44,909 nt of DNA. It comes from Candidatus Binataceae bacterium. Its GTDB lineage: Bacteria > Desulfobacterota > Binatia > Binatales > Binataceae. The position numbers were made by a program, and so were the translations under genes. The notes under the pieces were generated by a model that was given only the letters and a program-made list of their open reading frames with translations, ran no database searches and had not been told where the DNA came from. Below, in pieces: positions 1-9,266 of this stretch (position 1 is its first letter; each line of letters opens with the position of its first letter). The stretch is taken from positions 1-44,909 of the forward strand of contig DATEGX010000409.1 of NCBI GenBank assembly GCA_035279875.1, read 5' to 3'.

Positions 1-762
1 ACCGACCCCCCAGAATTGAAGCCCACCTCTAAACTGAATGCCTATCTCTCCTGGTGGGACCACGGGCTCGACTCCGAACGGCAGCGGCGCCGTCACGAAC
101 CGGTTCACCCACATCGGACTCTGAGCCTCGTACCAGTCACCGAATGGCTGGTCGAAGAGTCCCGCCACCAGGGTCAGGTAGTCATTAAGCAGAAGCTGAA
201 AGTCGGCGGTGGAGAGGTCAGTTCCAGTCCCGGTACTGCCAAACCCGGCGCTCAGTACGCCTTGAAACAGGATCCAGTCCAGCGGGCGGTATAGGACCAT
301 GGGTTCCCAGTCGACAAAGAAGGAGTTCTGGGAGGCATGATGAAGGTCGTCGAGGGCGCCGCTTTGCTGGTCGAAGATGAAGTTGCCGCCAGCCGCGCCG
401 GTCACGGTAAATGTGTGCGAGCCGAGGTATCGGTCAAAAGCATCACCAAACTTAGACGACGCCATCGGTGAATCGATGGTAGTCTCCAGGGTTTCGATTT
501 TCGTGCTGGTGTCGGTTCGGAGCTTCTGGTTGGCTTCTTTCAAATGCCGATTCTGCTCTTGAATCTGGTCCACTTTCTGCTCGAGGTCCTCGATTCTGCG
601 TTCGTCCTGCTTCTTGTTCGCCTTCAGTTCCGCCACTTCCCGGATGATCCGCTCAAGTATCTGCGCCTGCGTTTCGGCGAGCGCATTTGATGGAAGAATT
701 AGCGTGCTCATCAAGATCCAGACAACGGGCAGGGCCAATCTCGACCAGGTTACTCCGGCCAT
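1..762 (-). CDS. Porin-like outer-membrane protein with signal peptide and N-terminal coiled coil. It is partial: the 3' end runs off the window, so it is absent from the ORF track.
   Basis: Manual minus-strand translation gives MAGVTWSRLALPVVWILMSTLILPSNALA, then ETQAQILERIIREVAELKANKKQDERRIEDLEQKVDQIQEQNRHLKEANQKL (heptad-like coiled coil). Gly/aromatic-rich strand-like segments follow (FTVTGAAGGNFIF, GIQFRGGLQFWGVG). The frame is open from 762 down to base 1. An alternative in-frame TTG lies at 795. The architecture resembles DcaP/OprP-type porins. Confidence 0.55.
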   Translation of the reverse strand, partial: MAGVTWSRLALPVVWILMSTLILPSNALAETQAQILERIIREVAELKANKKQDERRIEDLEQKVDQIQEQNRHLKEANQKLRTDTSTKIETLETTIDSPMASSKFGDAFDRYLGSHTFTVTGAAGGNFIFDQQSGALDDLHHASQNSFFVDWEPMVLYRPLDWILFQGVLSAGFGSTGTGTDLSTADFQLLLNDYLTLVAGLFDQPFGDWYEAQSPMWVNRFVTAPLPFGVEPVVPPGEIGIQFRGGLQFWGVG

Positions 763-1256
763 TGCTTTCCGGTCTTCGAACTGCGCTCTGATCAATGCCG
801 CCTCATTGCCTGCTCGATCGAATGCCGCCGAACGGTCTCCGTGCTCGCGGGATTTTTAGGCAGCGAACGGTCAGATTCGACGACTCGCTTTCAAAACAGC
901 GTCGTAGCTCCGGCAACCTGAAATCGAATGTCCGTTCAAAGCCCCCTGCTATCCAGAGGGAGCAATAATCGGACCGTCAACTCTACAGGAAGGGTGCGAG
1001 TATTTTCGTCCTGCTTATGATTGGCTAGTCACAACTTGGGTAACAGTAGTAGCGCCCCAGTCATCACCAGGTGAACTCATGCGTGACATATTTTTGACGC
1101 TCTCAGCCACCCAGATGCCCTGCGGGTCCGCTCGCAACTCACCAGGTGTCGGTCAGTAGCCAGGAACATATGTTGGCAGGGGCTTTGCGCCACCAAAGGC
1201 AAAGCGCCAATGCGCGAGAGGGGGAAGGAGTATTGGGCAGCGCTGTTGCAAGATGC

Positions 1257-1919
1257 CTAATAGTCACCGAGCACCGACGAAAGACGATCCATGCGTTCAA
1301 AAAAAAAGCGCAGATTTGGCAGCCCGGGCGCGATCGTAAGGGTCCCGTTGAGCGCGAAATAAACAAGCTGCCCGTAGAGCGCAAAGTCGGCGTAGCCGAT
1401 GCGTCCGAGGATAAAGGCCCGCTCGCCCAGCGAGTCTTCCAGCGGCGCAAGCAGCGCGTGGGCATGCGCCAGGCGCGCGTCATGGTCGCGGGTCATTTGC
1501 TCGACAAACCCTGCGCCGTACTTGCGCTCGCGGATAAGGCGCCAGAGCGCTTCGCGATCCGGCCCCTGGCGCCGGAAATATGCGGCTTCATCGGGAATGG
1601 CCGCCCGAAACAGCGCGTCCTCCAGTTCGCCGTCGAAGTAACGTGCTAACGCAAGATGAACGCCGCGCCATTCAGGAGGAAAAATCGTCGGTGCCGGATA
1701 GCGCTGCTCCAGCACTGCCGCGATACGATCTGAATCCACGATGGTCTCGCCGCTCTCGAAGGTCAGTGCCGGCACCAGAATCTGGCCGGAGGCGAGGACC
1801 AATTCCTTTCGCTCAACGTAGTCAACTTCGACAATTTCGTAGTCGATTCCCTTGTAGTCGAGAATCTTGCGCACCTTCGCGCAAAACGGACTGGTGGCAA
1901 ATTGATAAAGGCGCATCAT
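1257..1919 (-). CDS. Glutathione S-transferase family protein (thioredoxin-fold N-domain)
   Basis: 220 aa. The N-terminus MMRLYQFATSPFCAKVRKILDYKGIDYEIVEVD and VPAL...IVDSDRI are typical of the GST/Grx2-like N-domain, followed by a helical C-domain. An ATGA start/stop overlap links it to the upstream DUF72 gene. Confidence 0.75.
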   Translation of the reverse strand: MMRLYQFATSPFCAKVRKILDYKGIDYEIVEVDYVERKELVLASGQILVPALTFESGETIVDSDRIAAVLEQRYPAPTIFPPEWRGVHLALARYFDGELEDALFRAAIPDEAAYFRRQGPDREALWRLIRERKYGAGFVEQMTRDHDARLAHAHALLAPLEDSLGERAFILGRIGYADFALYGQLVYFALNGTLTIAPGLPNLRFFFERMDRLSSVLGDY

Positions 1920-2809
1920 CGGCGCAGCAGCATCTCGCGCATCGTGGTAGCGTTCATGATTCCGAAGTTGGCGTAACAGTTATTGAAGATCGCGAATGCC
2001 CGCCTGACTCCCGAGAGCTGTTTGAGCCGGCCGGCCCATTCGGCAAGCTCGCGCTCGGCGTACAGATACTTGAACCGTTCGGCGGCGCTGGTGCTGCGTT
2101 GGTACCAATTAGCGGCGTTGCGGCCGTGAAGGCGGATATACGCGTCATTGGCGGTCACTTCGAGGATCGTCGGAAGTCCGGTCACCGACGGCGTGTCGAC
2201 CGAAACGTAGGCGAGCTGATGCTCACGCAGGAAGGCCATTGTCTCGGTCTGATGGCTGGGTTCGACCCAACTCGGATGACGGAATTCAACCGCGATCTCA
2301 GCGCCCGGCATCCGCTCCCGCAGCGACGCCAGGTAGTCGAAATTCGTCGGTTTGAAAGTAACATAGGGTGGCATCTGGAATAACACCCTTCCCAATTTGT
2401 GTGCCTTGCGCAACGGTTCAAGCGAACCCCAGAACATTTGAAACGCGAGGTCGAGCACGGAAGGAGGGGGAGTTTTGATTCGGGGGGCGTTTTTGAGCGC
2501 GGCGGGCAAGACTTCCTTGATCGCTTGCGGCAGACGCCGGACGTCAGCCGGATGCTGCGTGAGCCAGGCGAACGCTTTGACATTGAAGGTAAAGTCGGGC
2601 GGGGTGCGTTCGGCCCATAGCTGAGCAACCCGTTCGGAAAGGATCGCGTAAAAGGAGGAATCGACTTCGACCGTCGCGAAATGGCTCGCGTAAAAGCTCA
2701 GCCGCCGTTCCGCGGTATTAGCCTCCGGTGGGTAGAAAAGGTCCGATTTGACCAACGTGGGATCGGTCCATGACGCGGTGCCGACCAGGAATTGAGGAGA
2801 GTCAGTCAA
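1916..2809 (-). CDS. DUF72 (YecE/UPF0759) family protein
   Basis: 297 aa. It carries FLVGTASWTDPTLVKS..FYP, RLSFYASHFATVEVDSSFY, and the FRHPSW and IRLHGRN motifs characteristic of DUF72. Confidence 0.85.
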   Translation of the reverse strand: MTDSPQFLVGTASWTDPTLVKSDLFYPPEANTAERRLSFYASHFATVEVDSSFYAILSERVAQLWAERTPPDFTFNVKAFAWLTQHPADVRRLPQAIKEVLPAALKNAPRIKTPPPSVLDLAFQMFWGSLEPLRKAHKLGRVLFQMPPYVTFKPTNFDYLASLRERMPGAEIAVEFRHPSWVEPSHQTETMAFLREHQLAYVSVDTPSVTGLPTILEVTANDAYIRLHGRNAANWYQRSTSAAERFKYLYAERELAEWAGRLKQLSGVRRAFAIFNNCYANFGIMNATTMREMLLRR

Positions 2810-2873
2810 TCAGCGCGGCCACGCGTCGGGCGTATGCGGATGCACACGCCCGCCCGCGATCCAGACAATTCCG

Positions 2874-3770
2874 CTAAAACATCCGCGGCGGTTCCAGCCC
2901 AACCCCGAGGGTCTGCTTGAACAATTTGAAAATGTCGTCAATGTCCCACGGACCGTTGTTGATCAATACCCGCTCGGGCTTCATATGCGAATAGCGGGTA
3001 ATCCGGTAGCCCGAGGCCCCAAAGCACTGGCCGGTGACTTCGGACGCTTCGTCGCTGCACAAGTAGACGATTATAGGCGGGACATTCGCCGGGTCGCGCG
3101 GCGTTCCGACTGAGGTAGCACTGTCGAATTCCCCCGCTCCGGGCATCCGCCCTGCCGGAATCGTGTCGGTCATGCGAGTTGCCGCACCGGGAAACATCGC
3201 GTTGCAGGTCACGCCGTACTTTTGCATCGCGTTGGCGGTGCTGTATGTCAGGCCAAGGATTCCCGCCTTAGCCGCTGCGTAGTTGGGCTGGCCAGGAGCC
3301 CCCTGCGCTGAGTTCGATGAGAAATTTATGATCCTGCCGAACTTGCGCTCGCGCATATGCGCGGTGGCCGGGCGCATCGTGCAGAAATGGCCTCGCAGAT
3401 GCACCCGCACAACGGCGTCCCATTCCTCAATCGTCATATTGAAGATCATGCGGTCGCGGAGAATTCCTGCGACGTTCACCAGGATGTCGAGTTTGCCGAA
3501 GTCCTTGATCGCCTGGTTGACCAGCCCCTCGCCACCCTCGGGGGTGGAGATATCCATATGATTGGAGCTTGCGTTTCCGCCCGCGGCCTTGATTTCCTTG
3601 GCTGCATCGTCAGCCGGCGAAACCGTTTCTTTCTGGCCCGCTACCGTAACGCCGAGGTCATTGACCACGACCGCCGCGCCCTGACGGGCGAGCGCCTTGC
3701 TGACCTCGCGGCCGATTCCGCGTCCGCCGCCGGTTACCGCGGCAACTTTCCCTTCCAGATGACCAGCCAT
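2874..3770 (-). CDS. SDR-family NAD(P)-dependent oxidoreductase
   Basis: 298 aa. It has the TGGGRGIG dinucleotide motif, NVAG, and the catalytic S...YAAAK (YxxxK). A GAGGAG RBS lies 8 nt upstream of the ATG. Confidence 0.85.
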   Translation of the reverse strand: MAGHLEGKVAAVTGGGRGIGREVSKALARQGAAVVVNDLGVTVAGQKETVSPADDAAKEIKAAGGNASSNHMDISTPEGGEGLVNQAIKDFGKLDILVNVAGILRDRMIFNMTIEEWDAVVRVHLRGHFCTMRPATAHMRERKFGRIINFSSNSAQGAPGQPNYAAAKAGILGLTYSTANAMQKYGVTCNAMFPGAATRMTDTIPAGRMPGAGEFDSATSVGTPRDPANVPPIIVYLCSDEASEVTGQCFGASGYRITRYSHMKPERVLINNGPWDIDDIFKLFKQTLGVGLEPPRMF

Positions 3771-3886
3771 GATGACATCTCCTCGAGCGCGGCGGCCGCC
3801 GCCCCTAATCGTGTGGTTGTGATGCCCCGCTTATAGCGCAAAAGACCGCGCCCGGAACAGGAAAATCAGGGCACCGACAGGCAGCT

Positions 3887-5083
3887 TCAAGGTGCGATCA
3901 GCAGGCGGCGCACCAACTCGGGGGCGCGAGATTCATCGCGGGCATTCTCGCTCGGACGCGCTGAAAATTCGACCAGCGCGCCTGCGGGGGTGACCCGGCC
4001 GATCATCCCGTCCGGCTCGGTGAACCAGAGATTTCCGTCGGCTCCGGTCGCGATGAATCCCGGACGGGTGCGATCAGGCAGAAAAAACGCCTCCGCCCGC
4101 CCATCCCTGGCTACCTTACAAACCGCATGCGCATGCGGGACGGTCACCCAGACATTGCCGTCGGGGCCGGCCGTGATTCCCAGCGGCCGCCCCCTCACAG
4201 GCAACTCGTACTCGGCGACCTCGCCGCTGGTCAGGCGTCCGATCCGGTCGGTGGCAATCTCGGTGAACCAAATGCTGCCGTCCTGGGTGACAGTGAGGTC
4301 ATTGGGACGCCGCACCGGGGTTGGCAACGGGAATTCGACGACCCGCCCGTCCATCGAAATTCGATCGATCCTGTTCCCTCCGTTCTCGGCGATATAAAAC
4401 TCCCCGTCGGTTCCCTCGACGATTCCGGCCGGAGAGCCCTTATGCGGCAGCACGAACTCGGTCACGGTGCCAAGCGGCGTCACCCGGCCGACCCGGTTCG
4501 CCGCATGCTCCGTGAACCACAGGTTGCCATCGGTACCAAGGGTAATCCCCGCTGGACCGCTCTGCGGCGTCGGCAGCAGAACGTAGGCAGTCGCTCCGTC
4601 CATCCCAAGCCGCCCGAGCCGATTGCCGGCTGGATCGGTGAACCAAATCGCGTCGTCCGGCCCCCCGCTCAAGCGCTCGGGAAACCCGCCGCCACCCAAC
4701 TCGAAGCTGCTGATCTCGCCCGACGGCGTGATGCTACCGATCCGGTTGGCGCGAAATTCCGTGAACCATATATTTCCGTCGGGCCCCGCTGCGATCTCGA
4801 AGGGCGCCAGCGTCGCCGGCAATCGCGGCGAAACCGGCGGTGCGAACGGCAGCCGTGCAGGAGGCGCTTCGTTCGAGGGCGGCAGCGCTCTCGCCTGACC
4901 CGTCCCGCCTGGCGATTGCGGCGGGCTGACGTTGGCGCATCCTGCCAGAAACAGCAGCGTCGCCATCAGCATCGGCAGCCACGGCACACGGCGGAGGCTT
5001 CGGCTGCCGGCCGAGCGCCGGCACGAAGCCCGGCTCGACGGCGCCCGAGTCAACCCGCCTATCCGCGTATCGAAAGGTCTCAC
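3887..5083 (-). CDS. Vgb (virginiamycin B lyase)-like beta-propeller lipoprotein
   Basis: 398 aa. There are seven or more repeats of the Vgb blade signature (GPDGNIWFTE..ANRIGxITPxGxxxEFxLP). A lipobox LFLAGC follows a hydrophobic stretch. The GTG start overlaps the upstream stop (GTGA). The true start could be an internal Met (around aa 38-40). Confidence 0.8.
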   Translation of the reverse strand: MRPFDTRIGGLTRAPSSRASCRRSAGSRSLRRVPWLPMLMATLLFLAGCANVSPPQSPGGTGQARALPPSNEAPPARLPFAPPVSPRLPATLAPFEIAAGPDGNIWFTEFRANRIGSITPSGEISSFELGGGGFPERLSGGPDDAIWFTDPAGNRLGRLGMDGATAYVLLPTPQSGPAGITLGTDGNLWFTEHAANRVGRVTPLGTVTEFVLPHKGSPAGIVEGTDGEFYIAENGGNRIDRISMDGRVVEFPLPTPVRRPNDLTVTQDGSIWFTEIATDRIGRLTSGEVAEYELPVRGRPLGITAGPDGNVWVTVPHAHAVCKVARDGRAEAFFLPDRTRPGFIATGADGNLWFTEPDGMIGRVTPAGALVEFSARPSENARDESRAPELVRRLLIAP

Positions 5084-6669
5084 GGGAAGTTCCGGTTATC
5101 GCGCGAATCGCTCATCAGCGGAACTCCGGGCAGATTCGCCGCCGATGAGCCAGCGCGCGCGAACAGTGCCGCGTCCCGATCGTGGTAGATCAAGCGCCAA
5201 GCCTTCTGCCGACTCATCAGCGGGAAAACTGCGGTCCTCGTGCCGATCAGCACATAGTCGTGGGGGTAGCCGTCGAGCACCTGCTTCCACCCGGGCACAC
5301 CCGTATAGAACCGCAGGTAATTGACTAAGAGCCCCAGCGGATAGAGCGTCTCAAAACGCCCATCGATGAACACCTTGCTGCGCGGCTCGTGCCAGATCAG
5401 ATAGCCGCCCCAATTGACATCATTGAGAATCCTGCCGCGCAGCGAGTTTCGCCGCATAAACGCAACCGCTTGCTCGGGATAGGCGATTGCGGTTGTCAGC
5501 CGATTCGAAAAGAAGCCTGTTTGCACGAGCAGAATAATCGCCAGCGCAGCCAGGGCGGCCTGATGCAACCTTGGCGCCCGCGTCTCTGCGCCAACCGTAA
5601 GCCCATAGCTCCGAACCCGCCATTGGCCGATATGATGACTTAATGGAGGCAGGATCGCGATCAAGGCGAGTGGAAGATTGCGCATCGAGAGAAACGCACC
5701 CGCGGTCAGCATCGCCGCGACTATCACGAGCGGCCAGTCATCTACCTTGGGGGCGGCCACCACCAGTAGCGCGAGCGCGGAACCCGACGAAAAAAGCGCC
5801 AAATAGAAGAATATCGTGGCGTGCGCTTCCTGCCACTGCTGCGCCATTGCGACAATCAGTGGCTCCCATTCCAGGATTGCCCCCCGCGCCGCCGGACTGG
5901 TGATTGAAACAGCGACGGTATACCAGCCGCGGCTGCCGTACGGCGTGAGACTGGTGGCCAGCATCGCCAGGCAAGCGATTGCGACAATGCGTCCGGCGCG
6001 GTTGATCGGCTGGCCTCGCCACAGATCCAGCAGCAGCCGCACGGTGCCATAGGCTCCGATAACGGCGACGCCGACCACGAACCCGCCGTGCAAATTGGCC
6101 CACAAGGCCAACCCGGGGATAACAGGCCAGAGCCGCGCCGGTCCTCGATATGTGTTCCGCGCGAGCAATAGCATCAGACTGCTAAGCATAACGTAGCTGA
6201 AAATCTGTGGACGAAACTGTATAAACGGCCCGAGCGCAACCGCCAGGCCCAGCAGCAGCCCCAGTTGGACCGGCCTCGACGCACCGGTTTCGGCCGCCGC
6301 CGAGGCCATCAGGATCACAATTGCGGCGGTCACCAGAAATTTAAATAGTTTAAGGCCGAATATCCCCAAGGCGTTGTAGAACGATGCAATGACGACATCG
6401 CCCAGCCAGGCATGATTCAGCCACGGATGACCCGCGACCGAGTATGAGTACGAATCGATCGTGGCCGGATGACCGCTGGCCAGAATCTGCTGGCCGACGC
6501 GAATTTGCCGCCACAAGTCGGGGTCGGCCAGCCGGCTCGCATCGGCTATCGCGATAATCAGCAGAATCAGGGCAGGTGAGTAGTAGAGCAGTCGCGCGCG
6601 CGGCGCATATCCAGCCTGTGCGCCATGCATCCGCTCGTCCGCGCCCGACACCTGCCTCTCGGCATTCAC
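5080..6669 (-). CDS. Polytopic inner-membrane protein, GT-C-fold glycosyltransferase-like (function unproven)
   Basis: 529 aa with more than 10 hydrophobic helices. It has an N-terminal loop motif (DPDLWRQIRVGQQILASGHPATIDSYSYSVAGHPWLNHAWL) and a soluble C-terminal domain (NDVNWGGYLIWH...FIDGRFETLYP). Confidence 0.6.
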   Translation of the reverse strand: MNAERQVSGADERMHGAQAGYAPRARLLYYSPALILLIIAIADASRLADPDLWRQIRVGQQILASGHPATIDSYSYSVAGHPWLNHAWLGDVVIASFYNALGIFGLKLFKFLVTAAIVILMASAAAETGASRPVQLGLLLGLAVALGPFIQFRPQIFSYVMLSSLMLLLARNTYRGPARLWPVIPGLALWANLHGGFVVGVAVIGAYGTVRLLLDLWRGQPINRAGRIVAIACLAMLATSLTPYGSRGWYTVAVSITSPAARGAILEWEPLIVAMAQQWQEAHATIFFYLALFSSGSALALLVVAAPKVDDWPLVIVAAMLTAGAFLSMRNLPLALIAILPPLSHHIGQWRVRSYGLTVGAETRAPRLHQAALAALAIILLVQTGFFSNRLTTAIAYPEQAVAFMRRNSLRGRILNDVNWGGYLIWHEPRSKVFIDGRFETLYPLGLLVNYLRFYTGVPGWKQVLDGYPHDYVLIGTRTAVFPLMSRQKAWRLIYHDRDAALFARAGSSAANLPGVPLMSDSRDNRNFP

Positions 6670-6721
6670 GGTTCACGCACGTCGCACGGGAGCCGGCCGG
6701 CCGAGCTGACTCTGCCTGCGA

Positions 6722-7171
6722 TTATGGATGACTGCCCGACTGCTCGCGCACCGTCAATTTGACCGGGCACGTCCCAGGCTCTTCGCCGTAGCACAGATCG
6801 CTCACCACGCCCGTCGCGGGTTCGTCGCTTTCGCGCGCATTGCCGGGACAGATCCAATGGCCGCCAGAACGATAGAGTGCGACCGCGTACCACTGACCCG
6901 CTTCGAGCATCCCTTGCGCACGGGCATTGATACTATCCGTGGCGTAAACGGTGAATCCGTCGTGACCGCTACCGCCAGCCGGATCGAAGCGCATGAAGGT
7001 CATCAGCCAGCGTCCGCCACCGTGATTGACCGCCTGGTAACTCATCGGCTTGTTCGACGAGAAGACCGGTTTGTCACGGCAGAGCCACGGCCGCGCTTCG
7101 GCGGCAAACGCGCGCGAGCCGCACAGCCCCGCCATCGTTATGAAGACAATTGCCACACTCCAGCGTCTCAT
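6722..7171 (-). CDS. Small secreted Cys-containing hypothetical protein
   Basis: 149 aa. The signal peptide is MRRWSVAIVFITMAGLCGSRAFA|AE. The mature part has four Cys. An AAGGAA RBS is present and the third-position GC bias looks coding. Confidence 0.6.
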   Translation of the reverse strand: MRRWSVAIVFITMAGLCGSRAFAAEARPWLCRDKPVFSSNKPMSYQAVNHGGGRWLMTFMRFDPAGGSGHDGFTVYATDSINARAQGMLEAGQWYAVALYRSGGHWICPGNARESDEPATGVVSDLCYGEEPGTCPVKLTVREQSGSHP

Positions 7172-7233
7172 CGCACACTCACATTCCTTATATTCCGGCC
7201 GATGGGGATGGCGGCTTTCGCCGGTCTAAACCT

Positions 7234-9165
7234 TCACCGCTCGTCACCAACCGCGATAATCCGTTCGACAATCGCGCCGAGGTTCGAATCCTTGGGCGTG
7301 AATACGGCGCGCACGCCAAGCTCGAGCAAAGACTGACGATCGGCTTCCGGAATTATCCCGCCCATTACGAGTTTAACATCCGCCGCGCCATGGTGCTTCA
7401 GCAGCGCGAGGGTCTCCCGCGCAATCGAAAGATGAGCACCGGCAAGACTGCTGATCGCCAGAATATCCGCGTCCTCCTGCAGCGCCGTCTCGACCAACTG
7501 CGACGGGGTTTGCTTGAACCCCGCCAGGATAACCTCCATGCCCGCCTGCATACACGCATGGGCGAGGAGCTTGACCGCGTTGATATGGCCGTCGAGTCCC
7601 GCCTTGCCGAGCGCAATGCGGAGCTGGCGCTTCGCGGTCGGAACCTTGAATCCGCCAATCGGAGCGCCGCGATCGAGAATCGGCGGGACGTAGCGGCCGC
7701 GACTTGCGGTTTCGATAGTCGCCGCCCATTCGCCGACCGTGCCGCCGGCGCGCGCCAATTCGAGCGTGAGCTCGGTCAGTGGGCCCGATTCGGCGGCGGC
7801 GTGCCCCAGCCGTTCGCGCGCCTTAGCCACTTCGGCATGGCTACGCCGACCTCGCCATTGCGCGATCGCGGCGCGGCGCTCATGCTCGAGCGCCGAATAA
7901 TCAGTTTCCGTTGCAGCGGCGGGGCCTGGCGTCAAGCCGATATCGCCCATAAACGCATTGACGCCGATCTGAACGGTCTCGCCGATTTCCAGCCGCCGCT
8001 GACGCTCGGCCAGCGAGCGGGTCAATTCCCCGGCGACGATCGAAATTGCGCGCGTGTAACCCGCCTCGCGCAGCCGTAAGGCGATCGCGCGCGCCTGCTC
8101 GCCGATCTCGCCGGTGAGCTTTTCGACCACCCGGCTGCCTTCGAAAATATCGCCATAGTTCGCGACCCCGGTTTCGTGCATCAGGACCTGCTGGGTACGC
8201 AGCCCAAGCAACTGCTCGGCTTCGTCCGGCAACGCCATCGCCTCGCGGAAACCGGGCAACTGGAGAGCGTTAACGCGAGCCTCCGCCGAAATCACCACTG
8301 GCAGAGCCTCATAAGCGATCCGGATAATATTTACTTCAGGCTGGCGTTCCGTCAGGGAGAGCGAGCGGACCTGGCAACCGGCGCGGAAGGCGACGGCCTC
8401 GATTCCGAACTGTTCGCGGCAGAGCTCGCTCCATAGTTTGAAGTAGGCGCGCACCTTGCAAATTTCGGGAACCAGCTCGATTCCGCTGTTGATAAAGAAA
8501 GAAAGCCGCCGGACCGTCTGCTCGAATGCGGCTGGAGCCAGATGCGGCCGCAAGGCGTCGAGAATCATCAGCGCGTTGCCGAAGGTATAGCCGATCTCTT
8601 CGGCCGGACCCGCGCCGCTTTCCATGTAGTGATAGCCGCAGCAGTTGATCGGATTCCAGTTTGGCACGCGCTCGACGGCAAACCGGATCAGGTCGGTCGA
8701 GAGACGGAGCGAAGTCTCGGGGTCGAAGATCGAGGTCCCGCGCGCGACGAACTCCTTCATCAGGTCGTTTTGCGTGGTGCCGCGCAGTTCGCTCCACGGC
8801 ACCTTGTGGCGCTCGGCGACGACCAGATAAAGCGCGAATAGAAACGGGGCCGTCGCGTTGATTGTCATCGAGGTGTTGATTTGGTCGAGCGGAATCCCCT
8901 CGAGCAACTGCTCCATGTCGTGCCAATGGCAGATTGATACGCCGGCCTTGCCGACCTCGCCCGTGGCGACCGGCGCGTCGGGGTCGTAGCCGTTTTGGGT
9001 GGGCAGATCGAAGGCGATCGAGAGTCCGCGCTGGCCTTCTTTTAGGTTGCGCAGAAAACGCGTATTAGCCTGCTTTGCATCGCCAAAGCCAGCGTAAGTT
9101 CGAATAATCCAGGGATCACGCTTCGGCTTTGCGCCGCTTTGGCTCTTGATCGCGGACTCGGGCAT
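7234..9165 (-). CDS. Adenosylcobalamin-dependent acyl-CoA mutase with fused catalytic and B12-binding domains (methylmalonyl/ethylmalonyl-CoA mutase family)
   Basis: 643 aa. Motifs include PWIIRTYAGFG, GLSIAFDLPTQNGYDPD, TSMTINATAP and TTQNDLMKEFVARGTSIF. The C-terminal Rossmann B12 domain reads RIALGKAGLDGHINAVKLLA (DxHxxG-type His ligand) ...GGIIP. A GGAGGAA RBS is present. Confidence 0.85.
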   Translation of the reverse strand: MPESAIKSQSGAKPKRDPWIIRTYAGFGDAKQANTRFLRNLKEGQRGLSIAFDLPTQNGYDPDAPVATGEVGKAGVSICHWHDMEQLLEGIPLDQINTSMTINATAPFLFALYLVVAERHKVPWSELRGTTQNDLMKEFVARGTSIFDPETSLRLSTDLIRFAVERVPNWNPINCCGYHYMESGAGPAEEIGYTFGNALMILDALRPHLAPAAFEQTVRRLSFFINSGIELVPEICKVRAYFKLWSELCREQFGIEAVAFRAGCQVRSLSLTERQPEVNIIRIAYEALPVVISAEARVNALQLPGFREAMALPDEAEQLLGLRTQQVLMHETGVANYGDIFEGSRVVEKLTGEIGEQARAIALRLREAGYTRAISIVAGELTRSLAERQRRLEIGETVQIGVNAFMGDIGLTPGPAAATETDYSALEHERRAAIAQWRGRRSHAEVAKARERLGHAAAESGPLTELTLELARAGGTVGEWAATIETASRGRYVPPILDRGAPIGGFKVPTAKRQLRIALGKAGLDGHINAVKLLAHACMQAGMEVILAGFKQTPSQLVETALQEDADILAISSLAGAHLSIARETLALLKHHGAADVKLVMGGIIPEADRQSLLELGVRAVFTPKDSNLGAIVERIIAVGDER

Positions 9166-9266
9166 CTATTCCTCCAGCCCTCAAAATCGGCGTACACAAC
9201 CCTGATAGCGACGCTTTAAAGCCTAATTGCGCACGCCGCGCGATTCCAGCCAACGATCCTGTTGCA

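Noticed and set aside
16-859. Three plus-strand ORFs (16-294, 377-562, 614-859) at the left edge
   Set aside because: The minus strand here encodes a continuous, sensible signal-peptide, coiled-coil and beta-strand protein running off the window. The plus-strand ORFs are its shadows.
3887-5083. Vgb-like protein as a streptogramin B resistance determinant
   Set aside because: The blade repeats are Vgb-like. However, the protein has a lipoprotein export signal and sits in an envelope-gene context. Resistance cannot be inferred from fold-level similarity alone.
4127-5188. 353-aa plus-strand ORF, and other plus-strand ORFs between 1146 and 10394 (for example 1580-2383, 6728-7336, 7150-8079)
   Set aside because: They are antisense shadows of the Vgb-like, DUF72, secreted-protein and mutase genes. 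Their composition is extreme in Arg/Pro/Gly and no domain signatures are present.
9166-9266. Possible cobalamin riboswitch upstream of the B12 mutase
   Set aside because: The spacer is only 101 nt, too short for a cobalamin riboswitch, and I could not see a B12-box-like element. Mutases are also not typical riboswitch targets.
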